Of a stretch of 64,000 nucleotides of DNA, positions 52,058 to 60,203 are shown piece after piece. The stretch is from positions 128,001 through 192,000 of the forward strand of contig CAXXOA010000003.1 of assembly GCA_963666275.2 (NCBI GenBank). Reading direction: 5' to 3'. The notes below the pieces were generated by a model. It did no database searches. It was not told where the DNA came from and saw only the letters and a list, made by a program, of their open reading frames with translations. This DNA comes from Oceanispirochaeta sp. (GTDB lineage: Bacteria; Spirochaetota; Spirochaetia; DSM-2461). The position numbers and the translations under genes are program-made. Each line of letters begins with the position of its first letter. Within the stretch, counting starts at the first letter, position 1.

Positions 52058-52817
52058 AGGTGTGAGCCTTGTATATCTCTTCTATAAGAGTTATGTCGCT
52101 GATATCGTCCAGGTCCTTGAGCTTGTACCGTCTTTTCAGTTTCTGGGCCACCGTAGCCGTGGTCCTTTCCAGGGCGTCTTTGCTCATGGAATCCTTATCA
52201 TTCAGTAAACGTCTGAGAATATAGAGATCCTTTTCTGTGAGTCTGTCCTTTTCCAGAGGTTTGCCGAACAGACGGTGCTCGGTCATGGAAATGGCGGTTT
52301 CAAAATCCGGTTCCTTCAGATTGAATCCGTTATCCACCACTACCAGGGTGCCCACCACAAGGTCTCCCAGCCTCCTGTTCTCCTTCTGCAGGATGGCGAC
52401 GATGCCGCCGAGAATGTTGAACAGGGGAAAAGGAATGGAATCGGCAGACCTCAGGAGATTCCTTATCACCAGAGTCTGGAAATCCAGGCGATCTCCGTTT
52501 CTGGATATGACCCGGATCTGGCAGATCTTCTTTCCCGGGGTCTGGCCGTTCATGAGGGTTTCGAAGAACAGAAAATAGCCCCACTGGAAGAGAAACATCA
52601 GGATATAGAAGACCGCCGCATAATAGAGGTAGCCATCCTCACCGTTACTGATGATTGAAAAGGAATTCAGCCCCCCGATAATAAGAAGGAAAAGCAGAAT
52701 ACCTCCCTGGATAAGACAGTCTATGATATAGGCGGCGGCTCTGGTACCCAGTTCCGCGATGACATATGTGAATCTGATTTTCTCGGGAGTTTCGAGCATC
52801 AGAACCTTTGACTTCAA
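52047..52817 (-). CDS. RDD family protein
   Basis: RAAAYIID, GQTPGK, IRNLLR, RRLGDLVVGT. Confidence 0.9.
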   Translation of the reverse strand: MKSKVLMLETPEKIRFTYVIAELGTRAAAYIIDCLIQGGILLFLLIIGGLNSFSIISNGEDGYLYYAAVFYILMFLFQWGYFLFFETLMNGQTPGKKICQIRVISRNGDRLDFQTLVIRNLLRSADSIPFPLFNILGGIVAILQKENRRLGDLVVGTLVVVDNGFNLKEPDFETAISMTEHRLFGKPLEKDRLTEKDLYILRRLLNDKDSMSKDALERTTATVAQKLKRRYKLKDLDDISDITLIEEIYKAHTYED

Positions 52818-52853
52818 ATACTTCTCCTAAAAATATTTATGGCGCCTGCTGAG

Positions 52854-53660
52854 TCAGGCCATAAACTCCTGAGCCAGCTGTTCGGTAGCGAACCCTTCTT
52901 TATCCTTCAGGATATTATAATAGATCACATTCATAAAGACCGTGATCAGAGGATATATAAGGGCGTACATAAGAAAATAAAACACCAGGACGATTTTAGT
53001 TATCATCGATATATCGCTGTTTTCAAGATTTTCGATCATACCGGCAATGAATCCGCTGATAGCATGCTGTCCCAGAAACAGGACAAGAGCCATGAGGGCA
53101 TAGACGATTATGATCAGAACAAAGAAAATACCGAATAGTTTCCACTTGTATCCCTTTGTCAGGGTCCAGCTCCTTTTTAGAGACGCTCTGGCGCCTTTGC
53201 CTTCTATGACAAAAACGGTGTAGCTCAGGCTCCAGCCTATCATCAGAATATAGGAGGGGATCACCAGGGCTAGAGCTGCCCCGAGGGTTCCCAGCATAAA
53301 GAGGAGACTCATACCGAGGAAGGGAAAGGTCCTTTTCAGGCTTAAGCTGAAAAGTTCCGAAGGGCTCTCTGTTTTATTCAGATAGAAGTTTGAAGAGATT
53401 CGTATCTGATAAAAGTTGTATGTCAGGAAGAGGATTCCGAAGACAAAGTATCCTGCAAACATGAGGATACCCGAGGGAGACATCTCCGATCCGAGCATCA
53501 TCATGGTAAGGTACTTTGAGTAGAACAGGAATACCAGAACAGCGACTCCTCCGAAAAAAGCAAGTGCCGGATAGAGCAGGGGGAGGAAATTCTGGGTATA
53601 AAGATTGAATGTTTCTCCAAAGAGTGTTCCGATTTTAAAATGCTTTTTAACTTCTGCCAT
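52854..53660 (-). CDS. Integral membrane protein (paralog B)
   Basis: About 6 TM; EGKGARASLKRSWTLTKG motif; C-terminal KDKEGFATEQLA. Confidence 0.75.
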   Translation of the reverse strand: MAEVKKHFKIGTLFGETFNLYTQNFLPLLYPALAFFGGVAVLVFLFYSKYLTMMMLGSEMSPSGILMFAGYFVFGILFLTYNFYQIRISSNFYLNKTESPSELFSLSLKRTFPFLGMSLLFMLGTLGAALALVIPSYILMIGWSLSYTVFVIEGKGARASLKRSWTLTKGYKWKLFGIFFVLIIIVYALMALVLFLGQHAISGFIAGMIENLENSDISMITKIVLVFYFLMYALIYPLITVFMNVIYYNILKDKEGFATEQLAQEFMA

Positions 53661-54438
53661 GTTCTTCCTCCAGGAATCCGTCAGCCAGCTGTTCGGTGGC
53701 GAATCCTTCTTTTTCCTTTAATAGATTTATATAGATAACAACGGAAAGCACTGTATACAGGGGCATGAAACAGCTGCTTACCAGCGAATACAGTATATTG
53801 ATCAGAGGCCTGTTCGCTATGGTTCCAGCGATACCGGCAATCTGATCCAGTCCTCCTCCGAAAGTGATGCCGAGGAGTCTGTAGTACACCAGGAGAAGCA
53901 CAAACATCATGATCATCAGAAGGACAAAACAGATAAAAATGGCAAACCGTTTTTTCTTTGTGAGAACCCGGCTTCTCTTCATGGACGCTCTGATGCCCAG
54001 ACCTTCCCGGACCATAACTACAGCGGCAATGCTTCTGGCGGAAAAATAGATGGCTCCGGGAATTATAAGCAGTATGGACCAGAGCATTGAGAATAGAATA
54101 ATCATAAAACTCATAAATCCATAGGGGAATAATCGGGGAAGGAGAGAGGCAATGGCTTCTTTTGCTGCAAACTTTTTATCTTCATACCGGTTCAGTATCG
54201 ATATGGTCAGATAAAAGGAGACGCCGTAGGAGAGGACCAGACTGATAAGAGTGGTCATGAAGGAGACGTACCAGGGAGGCCCTGCGGTACCGAATAAAGA
54301 ATTAAAGAGGGTCTGCAGCTGCCCGAAGGGAAAAAGAATAATCACATAGGGCAGACAGACCAGAAGAAAGTTACTGAAGTAGAAGTTAAAGGTCTCGCCC
54401 AGCACATTGCCGATGGTGAGATATTTTTTTTGCTCCAT
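53647..54438 (-). CDS. Integral membrane protein (paralog A)
   Basis: About 6 TM; EGLGIRASMKRSRVLTK motif; C-terminal KEKEGFATEQLA. Confidence 0.75.
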   Translation of the reverse strand: MEQKKYLTIGNVLGETFNFYFSNFLLVCLPYVIILFPFGQLQTLFNSLFGTAGPPWYVSFMTTLISLVLSYGVSFYLTISILNRYEDKKFAAKEAIASLLPRLFPYGFMSFMIILFSMLWSILLIIPGAIYFSARSIAAVVMVREGLGIRASMKRSRVLTKKKRFAIFICFVLLMIMMFVLLLVYYRLLGITFGGGLDQIAGIAGTIANRPLINILYSLVSSCFMPLYTVLSVVIYINLLKEKEGFATEQLADGFLEEEHGRS

Positions 54439-54644
54439 TTTCTATACCGTTCCTGCTATTATATTTTTAAAAAAATACACTTATTCTGTATAAGATAGCA
54501 CAGATGAACTATAAGCAACAGTTCATGGATAATTTTTTTTTAGCTTTGGAGAAAAATCTTTTTTATATATTGGACTGTGGGCGGATGTATTGCTGAGGAT
54601 AGAGAATTTCTACTGTGTCAGGTGAATACTGTCATGAAACATTT

Positions 54645-54668
54645 GTTTAAAGCCTCCGGCTACCCGAT
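54645..54668 (+). mobile_element. Remnant 3' end (domain VI) of a third group IIC-attC intron
   Basis: GTTTAAAGCCTCCGGCTACCCGAT matches 61605-61628 at 23/24 nt and is followed by TTCTACAGA, the rest of an attC R'' box. Confidence 0.85.
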
Positions 54669-54683
54669 TTCTACAGATTTTTT

Positions 54684-55283
54684 TTAATCAACATTTAGTA
54701 TTATATATCTTTCCAATTTTTTAATGATTGAAAGTCGTCTGTAATATTTGTAATTAATTATAACAGATAGTGGATTTAAAATAATCGGAATCAATATGGT
54801 AATAAAAACAATTCTGAACATGAAGAAAAAATCATTTGCAATTTTATCATTAAAATGAATAAATAATGTTGGGATAATGATTAAAGCTAGTATAGAAGAA
54901 AATATTCGTTTAAATTTATAATCTATATAATTGTTTTCTAATTCAAATAATGCTTTTGCTTTTTTTATATCATTATATTCAATTTTGTGTTTATTAATTT
55001 CTTGCTCAAAGCATTTATAATAGTCCTTAGAATCTGTTTCCCCATAGTCTTCAATCATTTGCTTTTTTATAGCCGTATCAATTAAAAATGTCATTAATAT
55101 TGATATCGAAAAAAATATTACATAGACCAATCGGTCAATAAATATAAATGAGAAAATAAGTGACAATACCATGATTAATAATGGCAGTATTACTTGAATC
55201 AACATATTTTTAGTCTTCATTCGCTTAATAATATCAATTGTAATTAATTTTCTATATAGTTGTTCAATTTCTTTGTCTATCAT
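54684..55283 (-). CDS. Cassette-borne hypothetical membrane protein
   Basis: AAGGGAG RBS, 4 TM segments; stop lies a few bp from the R'' remnant. Confidence 0.75.
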   Translation of the reverse strand: MIDKEIEQLYRKLITIDIIKRMKTKNMLIQVILPLLIMVLSLIFSFIFIDRLVYVIFFSISILMTFLIDTAIKKQMIEDYGETDSKDYYKCFEQEINKHKIEYNDIKKAKALFELENNYIDYKFKRIFSSILALIIIPTLFIHFNDKIANDFFFMFRIVFITILIPIILNPLSVIINYKYYRRLSIIKKLERYIILNVD

Positions 55284-55352
55284 TTTTTTCTCCCTTTTAT
55301 AGAAAATTCATTTCTTCATCTTTGTTTTGTATTCTAATCGCATTATTTAATC

Positions 55353-55910
55353 TTAGATGAAAAAAATCTGTTGTAAAATAAATCCAGTTGCGATTAGCAA
55401 TATCGCTGGAATAATAATTAAAAATTCTGGAATTAAGGCATAAATAATTATTTTCTTTTTACAATCATATAATACTGAAATCGAATAATACCTTAATAGG
55501 ACTAGATATATCACAGGAATTATATAAAGTACTTTTATGTCGGTAAGATTTATTATATTCCCTATAATTGTATTAACAGAACAAAATGATGCTATCTTCA
55601 GTGCAACATGGAAGTCTCTTTCACAATTAAATCTAGGAGCAAAATAATCAATTACTTTAGCGGCAATATAAATAGTAATAATTCCCATTATATTAAATAT
55701 GGTTGCTTGTAATATACTATTGCTAAGTGAATAACCTTTATAAGGTCCGTAAATATAGATTTTGATAATGCTCAATATGATATTAATTAAGCAAACATAT
55801 ATCAAAAAATCTTTTATAATACTGAAATATGATCCTTCATATTTTTTTAATTTTTGAAACTCGATATATGGGTGAATAATAATTCCCCAAAATGTTTGTA
55901 TGAAAAACAA
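55353..55910 (-). CDS. Cassette-borne Yip1-like membrane protein
   Basis: GGAGG RBS with TTG start; IIIHP..F and IDYFAPRF...DF..ALKIA pattern. Confidence 0.65.
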   Translation of the reverse strand: MFFIQTFWGIIIHPYIEFQKLKKYEGSYFSIIKDFLIYVCLINIILSIIKIYIYGPYKGYSLSNSILQATIFNIMGIITIYIAAKVIDYFAPRFNCERDFHVALKIASFCSVNTIIGNIINLTDIKVLYIIPVIYLVLLRYYSISVLYDCKKKIIIYALIPEFLIIIPAILLIATGFILQQIFFI

Positions 55911-55925
55911 TTATCCCTCCATTCT

Positions 55926-56036
55926 GTAGAACATTCTTTTCATTTGCAGACCGTTAAGCTGGCGTGAAACCTGCCTGCGTAGCAGAAAAGCGGGTTTCAT
56001 GACAGTAGGGCTGACAATTGCAAAAGCATGTTCTAC
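55926..56036 (-). other. attC site, intact (111 bp)
   Basis: CTGTAGAACATTCTTTTCATTTGCAG pairs with CTGACAATTGCAAAAGCATGTTCTACAG, leaving extrahelical C56021 and A56014 on the 3' arm of the + (bottom) strand. Confidence 0.88.
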
Positions 56037-56078
56037 AGCATTATCATCTCCATTCTTCTTAGTTAAAACTAATTATCC

Positions 56079-56107
56079 TTGATAATATTTGTTACATGGG
56101 TTATATT
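56079..56107 (+). promoter_or_regulatory. Promoter for candidate small RNA
   Basis: TTGATA-17 nt-TATATT. Confidence 0.55.
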
Positions 56108-56113
56108 TTAATT

Positions 56114-56179
56114 AGTGATACTCATCTACCCATGGTAGAAGGAGCTGAGGGATCGATTAATATTCGGGTCCCTTTTTTT
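56114..56179 (+). ncRNA. Candidate ~65-nt small RNA convergent with the DUF3800 operon
   Basis: Hairpin CTC-A-TCTACC-CAT-GGTAGA-AG-GAG (56121-56144), then terminator AGGGATCGA-TTAATAT-TCGGGTCCCT with T-run 56173-56179; GC-richer than its surroundings. Confidence 0.6.
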
Positions 56180-56645
56180 ATGCATTATCATATTTCTTCT
56201 GATAATAACTTTCATTACGGCCTTCATTTACATAAAATGCTGTAGTAAGAAAATATTTCTTCGGTATTTCTTTCAATATAATGAGATAGTGTCCTTTCTT
56301 ATACCAGAAATACGATTTATTTATCACCTTACCCCTTCTATCCATATCTAGTTCATTCCAAGTTAGAATCTCTGGATGAGCAGCATTCTCGATGATCGGT
56401 CTGAGCCAAGGTAGCCTTTTTGCTCTTTTAAAATCAATCAATCTTTCTTCTTTACCTCTCGTGACTACATGCCAGAAACCTTCTTCATAATCAGAGTCAA
56501 TTTTTCTGTTATCTACAATAATAGGTAAAGATTTGAAATATAAACGATTTTTGATTAAATCATTGAAAAATACATCATATAAAGAACTAATCATTTCTTC
56601 AAAGGTTGAATCGAGAACAAGTTTTTCAGGCAAAAAATCAAGCAT
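56178..56645 (-). CDS. Cassette-borne putative BECR/RelE-like nuclease (phage P1-related hypothetical type)
   Basis: EEGFWHVVTR, RAKRLPWLRPIIE, YLIILK...FLTTAFY pattern; starts 2 bp after the DUF3800 stop. Confidence 0.6.
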   Translation of the reverse strand: MLDFLPEKLVLDSTFEEMISSLYDVFFNDLIKNRLYFKSLPIIVDNRKIDSDYEEGFWHVVTRGKEERLIDFKRAKRLPWLRPIIENAAHPEILTWNELDMDRRGKVINKSYFWYKKGHYLIILKEIPKKYFLTTAFYVNEGRNESYYQKKYDNA

Positions 56646-56647
56646 GT

Positions 56648-57349
56648 TTATATTACCTTTGGAGAAAAATGAAAAAGGTTAAATTTCTGCTCCCAAGGAG
56701 GAGTTGTATATAAGATATTGTAACCAGATTTAGATTTCAAATACTCTGAAACATGTAATTTTGCGGGGCTTGATGACATCCCTTTGTTAATATATGTGAT
56801 CGCTCCCAATAAGAAATCACATAATTGCAATAAATTTGACTCATGAGATCTTATCTGTTGAATTCTGCAAACTTTTTCTTGATTAAAATCATAAAATTTA
56901 TTACTCAAGACATCATGTAACTTATGAACTTTTTGAAATCCTTTTGTATCCTTGATATCTACATATATTTCAAAGCAATCATCAGATTTAACTTCGATAA
57001 TATTTCTTAATAGTTCATAATACATTTTATAATAGAACGTATCATGATTACCATCATTATACTGTTCATGATCTAGATTTTCTTTATTATGTACGATCAA
57101 AGATCTAAAATGTAAATTCTGTTCAGAAAAAAATAAATCAATAAGTCTATAGTAGAAATCGATGTTTTTTATCGATACTTTTGTCCATTTCAATTCACCA
57201 TTACAGTTATGTTGATGTTTTAATGCTTTAATTTTTAAGGATAAATCTCTTACGTTTTCTCTTGGATATTGAATTGCACCAAGAGTCATTATTGGAATAT
57301 GGTCATTTAGAAGATGACAACTCTCATCACAATAAATATTTATATCCAA
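56648..57349 (-). CDS. DUF3800 family protein
   Basis: IYCDES, ELKWTK, SHESNLLQLCD motifs; GAGGTG RBS with TTG start. Confidence 0.85.
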   Translation of the reverse strand: MDINIYCDESCHLLNDHIPIMTLGAIQYPRENVRDLSLKIKALKHQHNCNGELKWTKVSIKNIDFYYRLIDLFFSEQNLHFRSLIVHNKENLDHEQYNDGNHDTFYYKMYYELLRNIIEVKSDDCFEIYVDIKDTKGFQKVHKLHDVLSNKFYDFNQEKVCRIQQIRSHESNLLQLCDFLLGAITYINKGMSSSPAKLHVSEYLKSKSGYNILYTTPPWEQKFNLFHFSPKVI

Positions 57350-57401
57350 GTAGCACCTCCTCTCTAAATTGCAATTTTACCATTTTCTTCTTTTTTTGTC
57401 T

Positions 57402-57562
57402 GTAGAACGCCCATATATGCTGCTTAGCAGCCTGGCCGAAGGGCAGGTTAGGCGCTTTTATTCCAACTTTATTCTAAAAACCAATTCGTTATTTGAAAAT
57501 AACTAATACTATGTCGAAATTATCTCTGCATGAAATATGAATGCATCATTTGTTTGCTCTAT
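57402..57562 (-). other. attC site, degenerate (161 bp)
   Basis: GTAGAACGCCCATATATGC pairs with GCATCATTTGTTTGCTCTAT with an extrahelical C; the R'' GTT has become GCT; lies beside the next ORF's stop. Confidence 0.6.
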
Positions 57563-57568
57563 AGTGTT

Positions 57569-57982
57569 TTATATTCCAAGATTCTTGTATTTTTCTAGGT
57601 TTAGGGAGTAGTTCCCGTTTTTTACTTCATTTAGGATTTCAAGATATATAGGTTTAAGTTTACTTGTTTTTGATTTTACAATGTCTCTTTTCACAGAGAA
57701 AATCAAATCATCTTCAAAAGTTGGATCTTTTACTTCACCATTTAGCAATATGCTTGTATACCTTCTTTGAAGATAAGATACTGATTCAGCTTGATTTTCA
57801 TTTTCCCAGCAATGAGTTTCTTTCTGATTATTTGAGATTTCAATTGTTCCAAACTCATAGTTATTTATAATTATTTGAATAACTTCAAATGTATTCTCAA
57901 AATACTTAATTACGATTGAGGATTGAACAAAATCTTTTCTTAATAATTTCTCAAATAGTATTTTTTTAACTTGTTTTCCCAT
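57569..57982 (-). CDS. Cassette-borne hypothetical protein
   Basis: Open frame filling the cassette; start taken at MGKQVKK because the track's TTG at 58063 lies inside the attC. Confidence 0.55.
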   Translation of the reverse strand: MGKQVKKILFEKLLRKDFVQSSIVIKYFENTFEVIQIIINNYEFGTIEISNNQKETHCWENENQAESVSYLQRRYTSILLNGEVKDPTFEDDLIFSVKRDIVKSKTSKLKPIYLEILNEVKNGNYSLNLEKYKNLGI

Positions 57983-58126
57983 AATCCAATAAACCAAATT
58001 ATTTAATGACTGTTTAGAACCAATAATATATTTATTTTTTTTATTTGTCTGTAGAACGCCCAAATCTGCTGCAGACTAAACCACCCCGGGTTTCCCGGAG
58101 ACACAATTATATGAGAGGATTGTGTT

Positions 58127-58447
58127 ATGGGAAAAAGAATCAGGTATGCTCAAGAAGTTAAAGAGCGGGCAGTTCGGATGGTCTTTGATCATGAAAAAGA
58201 CTATGAATCACGGTGGGCAGCAATAATTTCAATAGCCTCAAAAACCGGGTGTACTCCGGAGTCTCTGAGAAAATGGGTAAAACAAACCGAGATAGACCGT
58301 GGTATCAAGGACGGTATTTCCAGTGAAGACCAGGCAAGAATAAAGGAACTTGAAAGAGAAGTTCGTGAGCTTCGAGAAGCCAATGAGATATTGCGTAAGG
58401 CATCAGCATATTTCGCCCAGGCGGAGCTCGACCGCCGAAAGAAATAA
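58127..58447 (+). CDS. IS3 transposase OrfA
   Basis: HTH followed by leucine zipper ELEREVRELREANEILRKASAYFAQAELDR. Confidence 0.95.
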   Translation: MGKRIRYAQEVKERAVRMVFDHEKDYESRWAAIISIASKTGCTPESLRKWVKQTEIDRGIKDGISSEDQARIKELEREVRELREANEILRKASAYFAQAELDRRKK

Positions 58448-59352
58448 TGGTCAATTTCATTGATAAGAATAGGGAAGATCATGGAGTCGAGCCTCTCTGT
58501 AAAAATATTCAGATAGCTCCATCAACCTACTACGAAATGAAATCGAGGCAATCAGATCCAGACAAAGAGCCTCCAAGAGTAAAAAGGGATAATCACCTGA
58601 AAGATGAAATCAAACGGGTCTGGTTTGAGAATAGATGTGTATATGGAGCTAAAAAAGTCTGGCAGGCCATGAATAAAGAAGGAATCCCCGTCGCCAGATG
58701 CACTGTAGAGCGTTTAATGCGTGCTATGGGGCTTCGTGGTGTTATTCGTGGTAAGAAAGTCAGGACAACAATTCCGGTGAAAGACAACAGGCCGGATGAT
58801 CTTGTAAATCGGGATTTCACCGCTTCCAGGCCAAACGAGTTGTGGGTGGCTGACTTCACCTACGTTTCCACCTGGAGGGGATTTGTCTATGTAGCTTTCA
58901 TAATCGATGTATTTTCAAGAATGATTGTCGGCTGGCGGGCATCAACGTCAATGAAAACTGATTTCACTCTAGATGCTCTCAATCAGGCATTGTGGGCAAG
59001 GCAGGTAACAGAAAAACTGATTCATCACAGTGATCGTGGGTCTCAATATCTGGCCATTTCCTATACCGAACGATTGATTGAAGCTGGAATTGATCCATCA
59101 GTTGGGAGTAAAGGGGATTCCTACGACAATGCTCTGGCAGAGACAATAAACGGTCTGTATAAGGCTGAAGTCATTCACAAAGATGGCCCCTGGCGTTCGA
59201 TTGAACAGGTAGAACTGGCAACCTTGGACTGGGTGGATTGGTATAATAACAAACGGATCATGGAACCTCTGGGATATATTTCTCCACAAGAGTTTGAAAT
59301 GATGTATTATGAACAGGAAATTAGTCTGGCAGTAACAGCCGGACTCAAGTAA
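58447..59352 (+). CDS. IS3 transposase OrfB (DDE)
   Basis: WVADFTY, HHSDRGSQY, DNALAETING; -1 frame relative to OrfA. Confidence 0.95.
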   Translation: MVNFIDKNREDHGVEPLCKNIQIAPSTYYEMKSRQSDPDKEPPRVKRDNHLKDEIKRVWFENRCVYGAKKVWQAMNKEGIPVARCTVERLMRAMGLRGVIRGKKVRTTIPVKDNRPDDLVNRDFTASRPNELWVADFTYVSTWRGFVYVAFIIDVFSRMIVGWRASTSMKTDFTLDALNQALWARQVTEKLIHHSDRGSQYLAISYTERLIEAGIDPSVGSKGDSYDNALAETINGLYKAEVIHKDGPWRSIEQVELATLDWVDWYNNKRIMEPLGYISPQEFEMMYYEQEISLAVTAGLK

Positions 59353-59705
59353 ATCTGTCTCCGGGATTCTCGGGGTGGTTCAGACCGTTAAGCTGGCGTG
59401 GTTTGTGCGAATGCAGAAACCATGATCAGTAGGACTGACAGTAGCATTTGCTTGGTACGCCTGACATGGCAATAAACTTATGAGGTGAAAGTCCTCTACA
59501 GCTACCCACGTATAGCAAACATGCTATACCAACTGTTAGCCGACGGCAAGGGCAATTCCGTGAGGAATTGTCTGGAGGAAGCCTGAGTGCAAAACCGGGA
59601 GCCCATGTACAAGAATGTGATAGAAGGCCCAGTTCTGGAGGTGAGTCAGCCAATGATGACGATGCCCCGTGGGTGAGGGATAGGGTAAATCACAGGGTTG
59701 TCCGG

Positions 59706-59747
59706 CCCTGGTCGTAAACTTCGTTTACTGCTCGGGTATGCATCCGA
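59706..59747. repeat. 42-bp hairpin mini-element, variant A (intron domain I, copy 1 only)
   Basis: CCCTGGTCGTAAACTTCGTTTACTGCTCGGGTATGCATCCGA, absent at the equivalent TGTCCGG/GGAA site of copy 2. Confidence 0.8.
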
Positions 59748-59771
59748 GGAAAGTTTATTGTCTTATTCGGG

Positions 59772-59872
59772 AACCGAAAGCCGTTTCGGCTGGAGGTTGT
59801 TATTCAAGCGGCATGGCCGCAACCTTATCGAACACAGATCGAAGCAGCTTGCTGCGTAGAACTTTATTCGGG
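59772..59872. repeat. 92-bp multi-hairpin insertion plus duplicated TTATTCGGG (copy 1 only)
   Basis: TTATTCGGG at 59763-59771 and 59864-59872; copy 2 has one copy and no insert. Confidence 0.8.
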
Positions 59873-60203
59873 GAGATCTGTCTGCAAGGCGGTAACGGCG
59901 GTTTGACCGTGAGAATCCGGAGGATACCGGGGTAACAAATCCAGGCCTATCAGGGGATGACACTCTGATAAGGAGCCGTTTATACGGAACACAAAGAAGT
60001 CGTCACAGCGATTCAAACCGGATGATACAGCGTCAGCAGGAGTAATTCTACTGATAAGCAGACAGAAGTCAGCAGAAGGCATAGTAGCCAACGCCCGGAG
60101 TAATGTCCGGTTCATGGTGAAGGTCTGAACATTTCACAAGGAGGAGCCTGATGGTTCTCAAAGGAACAATTTCAGTTTATGCCGGAATCACTTTTGGCGG
60201 ACC

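Larger units (their letters stand above)
58077..59382 (+). mobile_element. IS3-family insertion sequence (IS51-like group), 1306 bp
   Basis: 26-bp IRs TAAACCACCCCGGGTTTCCCGGAGAC and TGAACCACCCCGAGAATCCCGGAGAC (22/26 match); 3-bp target duplication GAC at 58074-58076 and 59383-59385. Confidence 0.95.

Noticed and set aside
55284..55352. Extra attC between the two membrane-protein genes
   Set aside because: Only a weak TAGAA/TTCTA pairing, with no AAC/GTT triplets or L boxes; treated as a two-gene cassette, though a fully eroded site cannot be excluded
57447..57453. Canonical GTTAGGC as the right end of a short attC
   Set aside because: It does not complement GTAGAAC or give L-box pairing; the arm at 57543-57564 pairs better and abuts the ORF stop
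59772..59863. Hammerhead ribozyme in the 92-bp insert
   Set aside because: No CUGANGA core on either strand
59426..60115. Short minus-strand ORFs repeated in both introns
   Set aside because: Antisense to structured intron RNA; their repetition only reflects the intron duplication
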